From Lingula anatina (Eukaryota; Animalia; Brachiopoda), in contig CM120649.1 in assembly GCA_051362555.1 (NCBI GenBank), forward strand, positions 8,432,001 through 8,496,000: DNA of 64,000 bases, given 5' to 3'. Below the pieces are notes generated by a model, which worked only from the letters and a program-made list of their open reading frames with translations, ran no database searches and was not told the DNA's origin. Both the position numbers and the translations under genes were made by a program. Within the stretch, counting starts at the first letter, position 1. The number at the start of each line of letters is the position of its first letter. Shown piece after piece: positions 48,501-57,896 of this stretch.

Positions 48501-49219
48501 GGTCCTTTAAGTTATATATGGAACATCTTTTGTTCCTGTTGTAATGTATATGATCAGAAATGCAGTCAGTCATATAGTCAGTACCAGGCCCCTAGCCAGC
48601 AATTTCAAAGGAGGAGGGGTCTTTTTCTGAAAAAGTTGACCTTTTACCATTAAACCTGTGTGTAACTATAGATCAAATTTTAACCAGAGTGGACATTTTC
48701 CAGGCAAAAATTCCAGTTCATTTGAAACCCCCCCCCCCCCCTTTTGGCCACAGGCCTAAATAGGGAGAGGTGCTTTGATTTGCCTTTCTCTTGTAGCTGA
48801 GAATAATTACTTGGTTTCTACCAGGAGTTGATGATCTTATGACTTTGTTGCTCACTCTTGGCTTAATTCACATAATCAGGCAATTGTAAATCCAGTCAAA
48901 AATCTGCCTGAATTGAGACACAACTCATTTAGAACCCAGAAGTTCATATGCCACCTAATGTCAAAGAATGTGACCCCATCCCAATTACAAATATAGTTAT
49001 CATTTGGAGAGATTGAGGCTGCAGCAGTCTTGAGGAAGATCATCCCGAGACATAAGGTCACTTTATCTGCTGTATACTGATGTCATGTAACTACTGTAAC
49101 AGGTGCTGTTATGATTTGTAATTATATCTATAAGTGTTATATAGTATATGTTCTTGATCTTTACTCTGGAATCACTCCAGTATATGTGTTATATGATGTC
49201 ATTTGCCGCATTTTATTTT

Positions 49220-49265
<46 letters not shown>

Positions 49266-52200
49266 TTCTTTTTAACGGACCAAAATTGTGGCCAACTGGT
49301 AAATACTCAATAGGTTTTTGATTTTCTGTAGTCAGCATTAACAGTTAGTGTCTACTCATTGACATATGGCAGGTAGTAACACTGTGATAAACCATGGTAC
49401 CCTTGTTCTTTGGTATCTTTGGCCTGCGGTACAGTAGGTCTGTGGTACCATAAGTCTGAGATGCAGTAGCTAGGTTGGTACAATAGGTATGTGGTTCCAT
49501 AAATCTGTGGAACCATAGGTCTTTGGTACAGTAGGTCTGTGGTACAATAGATGGGACTGTGGTACAATAAGTCTGTGGTACAGACCTAGTCTAAAAACTG
49601 TTGTTGTGTTATAATTTCAGGTGAACATGACGTGGAGGTGGTATTCTATGGCAAGCAGGTGTATTCTGGTCAGACCCAGATCTACAATGCTGGCAAGGTA
49701 CAGGTGTCTGGAATACAGAAACATGCAGTCAAGGGTGTTCCTGTGGACTTTGAGAGTGAGTTAACGCAGATCACACTATTGCAGAACACTTGGATGATTT
49801 AGTCTCACTTCCAGAATTATTGAATCACAATACACAATTGAAATGTAAACACAGACACAATTCTCCATGACAGTTATACAAATATTTAGCTCCTGATACA
49901 GATTGTCTCTGTGAAATCAACAAAATTTGTAGTCATCTTTCTAATCTCTACATGAAGTGATGGAATCAGTGTCTCACTACTAGAGCACCTCATGACCACT
50001 CTTGGTCAGAGTACCCCAAAACTACAATTCGCACTATTACATTTAACAATCATCCCAAGTTACCAATACTTCTCATATTTGATGTGTATGATATAAGATC
50101 AATGCAAAAGTTGCATTTGAAGTTTATTCTGTTTCTTCTTCCAGTTGATGCCTCCAGTGCTGGCTCAGGAAACCTGGAGATCATAGTCAACAATGGCGTC
50201 ATTCCGTGCAAAGTTCATAACCTTGGTAACAGAAAGTTCCTGGCATCTTTTCTCCCGATAGATCCTGTCAGTCATGTCGTGGAGATGAGGTTCAATGGGG
50301 AGAGCGTACCTGGTAAATTATTGATAATAATACAGCTCAGATGGTGTTACACATCAAGATAATGCTTACATGCAGTCATTGTACATTAATAAATACTCAT
50401 ATACCTATTAAAGAGCTATAATGGCAGTGTATTTGTTTACTAGCAACAATTCTAGGTATGAAATGTATTGATTTTGAAAGATTGGCAGTTGTATATCAGA
50501 TTAATCCTTAGCCAAGATGTAGAGTATGTGAGCCTATGTTGATATCCCAGCATGCACTCTGTTCCAGGCAGTCCCTGGGTAATGGAGGTGATTGACGCCA
50601 GCAAGGTGCGCACTGTGGGGGAAGTGTCGCAGCTTATCCCTGTCCACAGGAAGGCGGAGATAGCGCTGAATACCACTGCCTCTGGGAAGGGGGCGTTTGA
50701 TGTCAAAGTCACAGGTTTGTTTGGAAAGCTACTTTACAAACTAGTAAATTAGTTGTATCATGCATGGATGTGTATATTTGCGGTAGGAGGATTGTGTGTG
50801 TCAGACAGAGAGAGGGAGAAATCAACTTTTCACTGATTAAATTGTTATTAAAGCTACGTTCTTTCCATTTGAGAATTTTAAACTTCAAATTTTATTGATT
50901 ATTTTGTGTCAGCTGGATTATTTTTTTTTAAGATTGAAAAGTTAATACCTTTGTAAATTTACCAGATAAAACAAGAAATATAATTTGTTTCATTTTAATC
51001 TCAAATTTCAATCTTATTTGTTATACAATATATCAGTCATATAGTCAAAGACCATAAAGATCATTTTTCTTGATCCTACAGGTCCAAATGGAGTAATAGT
51101 GCCATCTAAGCTGATAGACAACCGCAATGGGAACTACAAAGTGGAGTATGTCCCTAACGAAGTGGGCAGTCACCAGCTGGACATTCTCTTTGGTGGTCAG
51201 CCCATTGTAGGAAGTCCATTTCTGGCCAAAGCCTATGACCCTAGTGCAATACGAGTGACCAAGCTGCCCGATGGACATATTGGAAAAACTGTGGAATTTG
51301 AAGGTATAGGGTGGAGCATTCTTCTCTGACCTCTACAGTATTGAATAGTTAAATAAGGTTGATTTTGAGAATATAATTATAGTAGCTTGACTTTTTGATT
51401 CTGACAATAGTAAATTGAAACAAAAAAAGATTTTGTGCCACACTACAGGGTCATTTATGCTGTGTGGATAGAGAATTGTGATATGATTAATATTCTGAAC
51501 CTTGCTACAGTGATTAACAGTTTAATGTATATATATAATAACATTAATACGTGTAGTTTATGCTAATGAAGTATATTCCTTATCCTATATTAAGTTATAT
51601 TATCCTATGTAAACAACTGCACAAACAAAACAAGTTGACTTCAGGATTCTTCTCTAAGGAACTTTTCAGTCAGTTTGAACCAGCTCTGTCCACTGTTTCA
51701 GTTGATGTGACCAGGGCAGGAGAGGGTCAGTTGGAGATCATGGTCAACCAGGGGGCAGTCCCCAACAGTGTCCAGATGCTGAGGAAGGGGGTGTTCAGGG
51801 TGGTGTTTGTCCCCAGGACACCAGCTGACCACGAGGTGGACATCAAGTTCAATGGAGATAGGGTCCCCAGTAAGTATACATCAAGTCCCACTTCTGTACT
51901 GTGACCACATCACATTACTTACTTCCTGTGGGTCGAAATTGTACAAAAAGATAAAATTGTCATTTTGTAAGTTTAGGATTTGCTTGATTTGTTCCGACAT
52001 ACTAAGGTGCTAATACAATATCGGGACACAGTATCACCTCTCTGATCCTCTAGTTTTAAATAAGATTTTGTCTGTCAAAGGAGTTGTATAAGCCCTCCAT
52101 ATACCTGTCCCTGTGTCTTGCAGGCTGCCCTATGATCTCCAAGGTGAGAGATGCCAGTCACATAGCACTGTCTGGGTTCCACAATGCAGTGTCTGTGAGG

Positions 52201-54138
52201 AAACCCGCGGGGTTTCGGATCAAGGGAGCGCAGTACCACAATGACCTCAAAGTGTTCATCACTTGTAAGTTTCCCCAGCAAACTAGTGGTAGACACCTTT
52301 TTTACCTCAACTATATTAGCAATCCTTTAGTTTATACTAATTCTAGGTATCCCCAGGTATTATTATTATTATTATAACATCATAATTATGTTACTGACCA
52401 CTGTTGCATGGTTATGATTTCTTCTAACAGAGGTTTCTGTATGCATGTTTAGTTCAGCACCAGGGTAGTTAGAAGTAGCTAGTAAAGTCATGATTGTGCA
52501 GGTTGGCTGTGGGACTGCAGTGAGTTGAGACAGTTGATATTGCAGTAGATGGGACAGCTGTGGTTGTGTTATGTTGTATGTCTTATGGTGGTATTTATAA
52601 CCTTATTGTGGATAAAAGGCACTGGAATCTTGTGAGTTATTTTGATGTGGAGTCTTTCAAAGTAATGGCATGTTTTTATTATTAGAACACAGTTTATTTT
52701 TGTGACATATTTTTATTATAACCATGTTTGACTGATACCAGAAAATAAATCACATAATATTGTGGTGCTAAACAGTTTAAATGATTGACATGGGTGTGTT
52801 AACCTTGAGTTCTAGTAACGAAAGATACATTACACTTTAGCTATGCAAACAACAAAACTAGGTTAAAAAGTTTTAAAGTGAAACCCTATAGTGTAACCAA
52901 TAACTTGTATGCTGTGTGTTTGTGTGTGTGTGCATGCGTGAACATGTGCGTCTTGTCTGTGTCTATTGGGACAATTATGAAGAAATGGGCTTACAACTCT
53001 TAATGCCAATCAGATGTTTAAAGAAATATATAAATCTATTTGTCATGAAGACCTTTTTATTTGGTGATGGTCTCAAGAACCTGAAAACAAAGTATATTTC
53101 TGGAGATGTGTGTTTTATGGGAGAGAAAAAGTTATCGTGCATCCTGTGATATTCTACTGCTGCCTTTTGCTCCTGTTCAAGAAATGCTGGTGCTTGGCGC
53201 TTATAAAACATAAACATTTCTGGTGGTTTATTATGATCGAGAATGCTTCTGGTGATATGTCATTATTGATGGAGATGATGCCTCTGGCAAAGGTAACAAG
53301 GACAAGCTACAACTTGAGGTAGGTTATCCCTCCTCCCCTTGCTTCAACATTAACTATGACATATATATATAGTTACCATAATCTCTTATCGTGTCCGGCC
53401 AATTGAATTGTGCTAGATATAAAGCTAAGGATCTACTGTCTTGTTCACCTGCACATCTTAACAAATTTCATTCTTGGCTTTTAAAAACTGATTATTCAAA
53501 ATTCAAAATTTTGGTCTTGATTTATAGATTTTGTTAAATTTTAAAGATTGAATTTGAAAGCATTAGTTGATTGATTCGCTTTTTATCAGAACATGTGTTT
53601 TTCTTCCTAAAGTAACATGTCTTAACATCTTGTGTTAAATATCCCTTGAACTACTTGCCATGTCATTTTATACCATCTTACTATGTTCTAGCTCCCAGCT
53701 ATAAGCAAGTACCTGTGGATGTAGTCAAAGATGGAGATTATTGCAGGATAGAATACACTTTAATGGAAGCAGGTAAAGTTTTAGCAATTTGACATTTTTT
53801 GTCAATTTTGACTGACCAATGTTTCATAAACAAACTTAAATAGTCTTTATAAAAATATCAAAATGGAAAGATGGATGTTACTAATAACTATACCCAGCAC
53901 TATTTTTGTTATTGTTTGGTTAAATTCAAGTGATATTATAGTCATTTTTCAGTATATACATATTGAAGTTAACTTGAACATTTGGTCGTATGTCCAGGTA
54001 AACACCAGATGGCAGTGGAGTACTCAGGTGTGACAGTCCCTGGTAGTCCATACGAGCTGATGGGACACGATATCAGCGCCGTGGAGGTGACAAACATGCC
54101 TTCTGTGGTGATGAAGGGGAAGGAAGCTAAGTTCATAG
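9384..54138 (+). CDS. jbug: Three-CH-domain filamin (jitterbug/FLN-2-like), 21 exons in window, 3' incomplete
   Basis: join(9384..9711,13210..13399,24754..24819,31978..32191,32596..32695,33396..33586,33858..34013,34377..34505,34840..34969,36291..36428,36861..37034,41349..41495,44625..44708,49621..49755,50145..50312,50568..50714,51082..51303,51702..51869,52124..52264,53692..53772,53998..54138). All introns are GT-AG and phase-consistent, giving about 1083 codons. Domains: CH1 (IQKTTFTNWVNEQL, LKLILGLIWHLILRY), CH2 (FSSDWNDGIAL), CH3 (SDWADGSVLC...EHLGVMAY), then about 8.5 filamin Ig repeats (DASSAGSGNLEI, GSPF). The N-terminal ARSAEGHAA resembles the Drosophila Jbug N-terminus as recalled, not searched. 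Confidence 0.88.
13020..13204 (+). repeat. 21-bp minisatellite (GATGATACTGCTATTGTTCAT, about 9 copies) abutting the exon 2 acceptor
   Basis: Direct inspection; it explains the spurious ORFs at 13010, 13013 and 13023. Confidence 0.92.
13210..13399 (+). CDS. jbug: filamin exon 2 (CH1 end/CH2 start)
   Basis: TTTGCAG|GT acceptor; GSEDIVNGNLKLILGLIWHLILRYQ...SDWNDGIAL; donor AG|GTTTGG. Confidence 0.9.
15553..15800. mobile_element. PIF/Harbinger-like MITE family A, diverged copy
   Basis: Interior GATCGATCTATC...GGGGAGTCTCACT...CCGGCTTAA...GGGAGTTAG matches copies at 28699, 40933, 54300 and 59574. Confidence 0.65.
16520..17940 (+). repeat. 146-bp satellite array, about 10 monomers with a 4-mer higher-order repeat
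   Basis: The GTATATGACTTCCTAT landmark recurs every 146 bp from 16561 to 17875. Diagnostic variants recur at 584 bp. Confidence 0.92.
18189..18479. mobile_element. IS3EU-like MITE (TAC...CCGTA termini, 6-bp TSD CATTTT) nested in the left HINE
   Basis: Long TIRs TACAGAAGCCGACTGGTGCCATATGT / ACATATGGCACCAGTCGGCTTCCGTA. CATTTT is duplicated on both sides; the orthologous empty site (single CATTTT) is visible in the right HINE near 20890. Five internal 20-bp palindromes. Confidence 0.75.
20111..24094 (+). mobile_element. Helentron-associated non-autonomous element (HINE/DINE-1-like), right copy
   Basis: Same architecture on the plus strand: TTATTGTACCACCAGCGTTAGCGCTGGCGGTACA, (CCGGCTCCG)n, core, satellite arrays, GCTGGTGGTACAA, hairpin, CTCTAG|TTT at 24091. 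Confidence 0.75.
21135..23885 (-). repeat. 146/147-bp satellite arrays (about 15 monomers in three blocks), reverse complement of 16520-17940
   Basis: TGACCTTGAAATTGACCTTTGACCTACTTTT monomers in blocks at about 21135-22168, 22455-23051 and 23345-23885, separated by repeats of a core fragment. Confidence 0.9.
24754..24819 (+). CDS. jbug: filamin exon 3 (CH2), not in ORF track
   Basis: TCTTTCCAG| acceptor; SALLEYCKPGLFTNWRNLPRYEG; donor GG|GTAGGT; phase 2-2. Confidence 0.85.
24850..25250 (+). repeat. Degenerate about 38-bp minisatellite (GTGTGACAGTGTGTTAAATG...) just downstream of exon 3
   Basis: Repeated GACAGTGTGTTA core, decaying toward the 3' end. Confidence 0.75.
27245..27570 (+). mobile_element. 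tRNA-derived SINE copy (degraded)
   Basis: TGGCCTCGTGGTCAGAGTGTCC...GGGTTCATCCTGTCTGGGGACTAATACCAGTC...GTACCTGCTGTCTCCC...TTGGCAC matches the 4672-4812 fragment. The 3' boundary is approximate. Confidence 0.55.
27585..27800 (+). repeat. Degenerate GT-rich minisatellite (GACTGGTTGTGTTAGTGTGTTGATG)
   Basis: About 8 copies of the TGGTTGTGTT core. Confidence 0.75.
28452..28695. mobile_element. MITE family B (older relative of A), abutting a family A copy
   Basis: Imperfect TIR GGCTCGTTCTCAATGAAACT / AGTTTAATTGGGAATGAGCC; internal IR TGCTGAATGC/GCATTCAGCA shared with 31195 and 61941. Confidence 0.6.
28699..28900. mobile_element. PIF/Harbinger-like MITE family A, reverse orientation
   Basis: GGGTGCTTTCCCAGAGA...GGAAATGGGGTG, flanked by TTA/TAA; reverse complement of 54300-54524. 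Confidence 0.75.
31195..31427. mobile_element. MITE family B
   Basis: GGGTGCGTTCACAAT / ATTGTGAATGTACCC TIR; interior similar to 28452 and 61941. Confidence 0.6.
31978..32191 (+). CDS. jbug: filamin exon 4 (CH2 end/CH3 start)
   Basis: TTTTCAG| acceptor; LENCRNAMDVAKKEFGIPMVLRPEDLANPDLDDLSGMTYLSYF...NNFQ; donor GTAATA. Confidence 0.9.
32596..32695 (+). CDS. jbug: filamin exon 5 (CH3)
   Basis: TTTTCAG| acceptor; SDWADGSVLCKIVTAAGGQVPG...TLTQK; donor G|GTAAGA, the first of 15 tandem copies. Confidence 0.85.
32676..33123 (+). repeat. 29-bp minisatellite, 15 copies, each containing the exon 5 end and donor (ACAGAAAG|GTAAG)
   Basis: GAAAGGTA recurs from 32691 to 33101 at 29-bp spacing (one 33-bp unit). 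Confidence 0.95.
33396..33586 (+). CDS. jbug: filamin exon 6 (CH3 end)
   Basis: TTGCAG| acceptor; GIDAAKRLGVEPVLKAEEMTDPEVEHLGVMAYAA...VGKP; donor GTAAGT. Confidence 0.85.
33858..34013 (+). CDS. jbug: filamin exon 7 (Ig1)
   Basis: TTTTAG| acceptor; TKYKLEILS...VQGPSG...GTFTPSEIGQHS; donor GTAAGT. Confidence 0.85.
34377..34505 (+). CDS. jbug: filamin exon 8
   Basis: TTTACAG| acceptor; MLVTCKGENIKDCPLTFKV...NTIT; donor GTAATG. Confidence 0.85.
34840..34969 (+). CDS. jbug: filamin exon 9 (Ig2)
   Basis: GTTACAG| acceptor; IDSRKAGQVELKVEARAPSG...EFIPNEI; donor G|GTGAGC. Confidence 0.87.
36291..36428 (+). CDS. jbug: filamin exon 10
   Basis: CTTCCAG| acceptor; GDWQISVMYDGDHVSGSPKTIKVYD...MHFT; donor G|GTGAGT. 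Confidence 0.88.
36861..37034 (+). CDS. jbug: filamin exon 11 (Ig3)
   Basis: CTTCCAG| acceptor; ADCTDAGTG...VHFTPEGAGLYKISCYFNENEVK; donor G|GTAGGT. Confidence 0.88.
38707..38747 (+). CDS. jbug: Putative alternative terminal exon 12a of filamin (GSPYILEVLKWSC*)
   Basis: TTTTGTCTCTGCCAG|GTTCTCCATAT acceptor in the correct phase 1. The peptide mirrors the start of exon 12 (GSPYTLEIVD). Followed by an AT-rich tract with AATAAA near 39172. Confidence 0.7.
40007..40173. mobile_element. MITE, CAGGGGCGGAT-TIR family, copy 2 (opposite orientation)
   Basis: TIR CGGGGCGGAT/ATCCGCCCCTG with 5-bp direct repeat ATGCT. Homologous to 1090-1250. Confidence 0.75.
40933..41147. mobile_element. PIF/Harbinger-like MITE family A
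   Basis: 3-bp TSD CTA; termini GGGTGCATTCCCA / TGGGAATGGGGTC. Confidence 0.78.
41349..41495 (+). CDS. jbug: filamin exon 12
   Basis: CACTGTAG| acceptor; GSPYTLEIVDTNAVMTTGDGLKTA...PTVTIT; donor G|GTAGGT. Confidence 0.88.
44625..44708 (+). CDS. jbug: filamin exon 13 (Ig4), not in ORF track
   Basis: TCTGTTCAG| acceptor; APSGKRISTKIVETGKNVFQVEYTPTEI; donor G|GTAAGT. Confidence 0.87.
   Translation, partial: RQVGREFRPKLWRLARMYSRWNTHPQK
46128..46299 (+). CDS. Candidate internal alternative first coding exon A of filamin
   Basis: ATG-led open frame (MLRPMLFRR...ESDSEEAPLPEFPRK...YFSTN) ends at a consensus G|GTAAGT donor in phase 1, compatible with exon 14. No in-phase acceptor found upstream. 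Confidence 0.5.
48169..48184 (+). CDS. Candidate internal alternative first coding exon B (MADVD-G)
   Basis: GAAATGG Kozak-like start followed by G|GTAAGG donor in phase 1, compatible with exon 14. Very short, so chance cannot be excluded. Confidence 0.35.
48585..48758. mobile_element. Short MITE-like element (CAGGCCC.TAGCCA termini)
   Basis: CAGGCCCCTAGCCA versus TGGCCACAGGCCT imperfect TIR with G-rich and poly-C subterminal tracts. Single copy in window. Confidence 0.4.
49222..49264 (+). repeat. (AC)n microsatellite
   Basis: Direct inspection. Confidence 0.95.
49420..49585 (+). repeat. Degenerate 16-bp minisatellite (CTGTGGTACAATAGGT) upstream of exon 14
   Basis: About 10 imperfect copies. 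Confidence 0.7.
49621..49755 (+). CDS. jbug: filamin exon 14, not in ORF track
   Basis: ATTTCAG| acceptor; GEHDVEVVFYGKQVYSG...GVPVDFE; donor A|GTGAGT. Confidence 0.85.
50145..50312 (+). CDS. jbug: filamin exon 15 (Ig5)
   Basis: CTTCCAG| acceptor; IDASSAGSGNLEIIVN...FNGESVP; donor G|GTAAAT. Confidence 0.9.
50568..50714 (+). CDS. jbug: filamin exon 16
   Basis: GTTCCAG| acceptor; GSPWVMEVIDASKV...FDVKVT; donor G|GTTTGT. Confidence 0.88.
51082..51303 (+). CDS. jbug: filamin exon 17 (Ig6)
   Basis: CCTACAG| acceptor; GPNG...DNRNGNYKVEYVPNEVGSH...GSPFLAKAYD...VEFE; donor G|GTATAG. Confidence 0.9.
51702..51869 (+). CDS. jbug: filamin exon 18 (Ig7)
   Basis: GTTTCAG| acceptor; VDVTRAGEGQLEIMVN...KFNGDRVP; donor A|GTAAGT. 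Confidence 0.9.
51990..52057 (+). mobile_element. Isolated 3' end of a related HINE/Helitron-like element
   Basis: GTATCACCTCTCTGATCCTCTAGTTTT nearly identical to the terminus at 24069-24094. 5' extent unclear. Confidence 0.55.
52124..52264 (+). CDS. jbug: filamin exon 19
   Basis: CTTGCAG| acceptor; SCPMISKVRDASHI...LKVFIT; donor T|GTAAGT. Confidence 0.85.
53692..53772 (+). CDS. jbug: filamin exon 20 (Ig8), not in ORF track
   Basis: GTTCTAG| acceptor; SPSYKQVPVDVVKDGDYCRIEYTLMEA; donor G|GTAAAG. Confidence 0.83.
53998..54138 (+). CDS. jbug: filamin exon 21
   Basis: TGTCCAG| acceptor; GKHQMAVEYSGVTVPGSPYEL...KEAKFI; donor G|GTAGGT. No further Ig-coding exon recognised before 64000. Confidence 0.87.
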
Positions 54139-54299
54139 GTAGGTTGAGAGAAAGATTTAACAACTGGACTAATATAGTTGTCTTTTCGTCACTTGCTGCT
54201 GTTATGTTTCATGTGAATAAGTTTTGATTTTCACGAAATAGAAAAGTTAACTTTCAGAAGTTAATTAAATGTTTTGTCCTTACTCACCATTTTCACATA

Positions 54300-54524
54300 G
54301 ACCCCATTCCCATAGATTTTAGATCGATCTATCCCTGTGGGGAGTCTCACTAGATTACTGTCAGCTTAGCCGGCTTAAGCATCTGTCCCGCCTACTAAAA
54401 GCTGTAAGGGGGTGATTAACTATGGTGCGCGCTCGGCTGACTGCAATTTAGCGTGAACCCTCAGGGAGTTAGGTCGATCTAAATCTTAATCTCTGGATCG
54501 ATGTAAATCTCTGGGAATACACCC
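54300..54524. mobile_element. PIF/Harbinger-like MITE family A
   Basis: 3-bp TSD ATA; termini GACCCCATTCCCA / TGGGAATACACCC. Confidence 0.8.
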
Positions 54525-56825
54525 ATAAAGTCACATTGGGTTTAGTTTCCTGAGTGGCTTTTTGGTTGGCCATTTTGCATAGCACTCTATAAAACAGCAA
54601 AGTTGTTGCAATTCTTGTCTCAACTTCTCATTTTATGCAGTAACCTGTTAAAGGTTGCATAGGTATAGGTGGCAGCAGTTGTCGTGTACCAGGTGACACA
54701 ATGCTATAGGCGTTAAGGCGACAGGTGACTGGCCAGAGCTAGGGATGTATTCTAGTCACATGGCTTCAACAACATAGGTGGCACTGGAAATCCATTAGAT
54801 ATAAAAAACAAATGAGTGTTCTTTAGTAGTATTTGCAGGTGATTAATGCATTATTCATGCTGCAGGGAGGGACATAAAACAGAGTGGTTTGTGACATGAA
54901 TCATCTTCTCTGTCTGCATACATTTGTGTTGTCTTGGTGCTGTGTCTACTGCTAGGAGTGCTTCACAAGAATGCCTTACAGTCCCGGCTTTACTTTATAT
55001 CCACAGTACGCCCTGTTTAGACTGGATTATACTTGTCAAGTAGTCAATTAAATCATTGCAACCTGCACAGGCTGAACTCTCTTTGGTTCAAGATTAAATA
55101 ATAATATATTTATTTCGAGTCTAAAATCCATAAAATATACAATAGACTGTACAACATAACATACAGAGAAGTTTATAGATAAAAATGATTAAGATATATA
55201 TTATATAACTGCATTCAACATCATTGAACTGAAACTAAAACATAATAAATATTAAGTGAAATTAAGAAAAATATATCAAAATCAAGTCTTCCTGTCATTC
55301 TGGTGTTTTTAGATTCTGTAAACAAGAAATGATTTCTTATGACCCCAGTTTGAGTGTTCACTTGATGAAGTTCCATATCGTCAGAGTTAAGAAATCTTCT
55401 GCCAATTTTACAGGTACACATTGTTATGCTCAGGTCCTCAGTATGTGGCACCATGTCTGTCCTCCCAGGCTAGGAATTCATGTGGTTTAAATTAGTAAGA
55501 TGAAGTTTGGAAAACAGAAAAGAAAATATGCAAGTTGAAATAACCATTATTCTGCATTTTTTATAAGCTGAATGATGACATTGCATCTTAAAATAAAGAG
55601 TTAAAAATCGCTCTTTTAGACTATAATGGATGATATAATTTGAGGAAGATAAAACATTTAATCAAGACATTATTTACCTTTAAATCTGCCGTTGTTATTA
55701 CTGAAGAATTATATTTTTGCATCATTTTTATCACCTGTTAGCTATACTTAGCCACGGTGACAGCACAGACAGTTGCAGATATATTTCTGAACATGTTTTT
55801 GCTGGGTCTGTTTCAGGTCATAATGTAATAATTAGGTTCACTGCTGGATTTTACCTTGCACATTAGTTTGTATGCAGGCCTGATGGGTGACACTTGAAGT
55901 GTTCAATGGATTCTGATTATTAACTGATAAAAAATTGTGTCCAAACAATATGAAAGTAAGTTGTAAATAGTCCCCAGACTTGGTCAGACTCTCTGGGTGT
56001 GTTGCTGTTTTTTCACCTGTCTTGGCAGTTAGTTACCTGCTAACGAGGCCTCCCTCCCTCCTGGTCATCCATCAAGATGACCAATGTCCACTGATGTGTA
56101 AGTTGATGTACGATAGGGCTGTGTTTCCGTGACAGACATTACACAACTGCTGCATGCTGTCTGGTAATACCTGTGTATAGGCACCATACAGAGAGGCTCT
56201 TAAGGGTTTCTCCAAGCCATTTCCCAACTAGTCAACTACAGTGCTTTTAATGTTGCCCTGCAGACATGCCTCGCCTGTTAGAGTCTATATGACAGGTCAG
56301 GCAAGCATGCAGTATTAGAGCTGCAGTTTCCCTGGCTCTAACGTATCATCAGTAAAAATTGGGAAGACACATTTTGAAAGATATTAAGTGAACTGGATGC
56401 AGGCATCAGTTAGTCATCTCTAGGGAAATCCATGTTGTCAGGCAAGATATAAATATATCTCCTCAGATCAGATGTGATAAGACATAGGCACGGACGAAAG
56501 GAGAAGGAAAAAAGTTCAAAACAAAGCAAAGAGGATTGTACTAACGGGAAACTGAACCAAAAAAGTGAAATAAGATAAAAAGTGGGAGCCTAAGATATAA
56601 TCAGCGAATTTTCAAATACTGGGGAAGGCCTAGGATATTATTTTAACTGAAAAATTCAGGGTGTGGCTGAATACTGTGGAACCTGAAGATTTTTAACAGC
56701 ATATTACTTCAGGAATACCAAACAAAAAAGAATTTATTCTGTTGTATTTTATTTGAGGATTGATAACAAAGGAGATTACTGTGTAGTTGTAGCTAGATAG
56801 TAACTGTGCCAATATCTAGGGAACT

Positions 56826-57090
56826 ATGTCAGCGTATAGCGCAGGATACAGCGCCAGTCAAAGCGCCAGCTACAGTGCTGGAGGAGGAGGGTCAGGGGGT
56901 GTTGTAAACTACAGCGACAGAGGAAATACCCTTGATAACTACAACACAGGCGGCAGCACCAAGCAGTCCTATTCACGACAGGAACATTTTGATCAACAAA
57001 CCAGTAGATCTACTGTATACCACCGTAAACATCAAGAAAAAAGTCAAGAAACTAATAGTCTGTATCGTGGGCAAAAAATATTAGGCTACG
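56826..57090 (+). CDS. Candidate internal alternative first coding exon C (Ser/Gly/Tyr-rich, 88 codons)
   Basis: ATG-led low-complexity ORF MSAYSAGYSASQSASYSAGGGG...KILGY ends at a consensus G|GTAAGT donor, phase 1 like exon 21. Preceded by a purine-rich leader. Confidence 0.6.
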
Positions 57091-57813
57091 GTAAGTGTGT
57101 CATATTCATGTACCAACTAGTTTGATGTGCAGTTTCCAGTCAATTTTTTAATTTAAATAGATAACAAGACTGGATTAATTTGGTGAGAAATTAAATGTTT
57201 AAGCCAACTGATGATATTGTGATAGAAATATCAGCATGACTGTCACACAGGCTGTTACGGAAAAATTACTTTAGTTCTGGCTGGTTAGAAGGTGATAAAG
57301 ATTCCAGAGGAATTTTCAAGTCTGGTTGTTTGATGTCTAGTAATTAACATCCACGCTTGGTGACCATACGTACAAGCTGTATATATAAAATACAGTTGGG
57401 GGAATGAAAACAGGTTTCTGGTAGAGCTCATGTTTAATTCATTATTTCATGAAATGGTGTCAGGGTGTGGAGATATGGCTATATGTGGCAGGTAAAGCTT
57501 CAGGGAAGATTGTAACCACAGTGAAAGATTAAAATATTGTAACCACACTGGGACATTATAATGTGTTGGTTGACTGAAATATGTGAACTTGCATAAATAA
57601 AAAATTAAGCAACAGTTAAAAAGATGGCCCATTTATAGAGATGGGCTATGTTGGCTAGTGGAAGTATAGATGCCTGAATTGTTTACCAATTTGCCTTGCT
57701 TATATTTTAGAATTTCTCTTCATAAACTCTTCATTTTTATGTATTATACAAGCTGATATTATGCATTCACTCAGTATATGTGTACTTAGTTGTGCTCAGA
57801 AGAAGATGTGAAA

Positions 57814-57849
57814 TGTTTGTTTGTTTGTTTGTTTGTTTGTTTGTTTGTT

Positions 57850-57896
<47 letters not shown>
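57814..57896 (+). repeat. Compound (TGTT)n(TATT)n microsatellite
   Basis: Direct inspection. Confidence 0.95.

Noticed and set aside
53230-53298. Possible extra filamin exon ending GGCAAAG|GTAACA
   Set aside because: The phase-1 frame needed to join exon 20 has a TGA and no later ATG, and exons 19-20 already join seamlessly.
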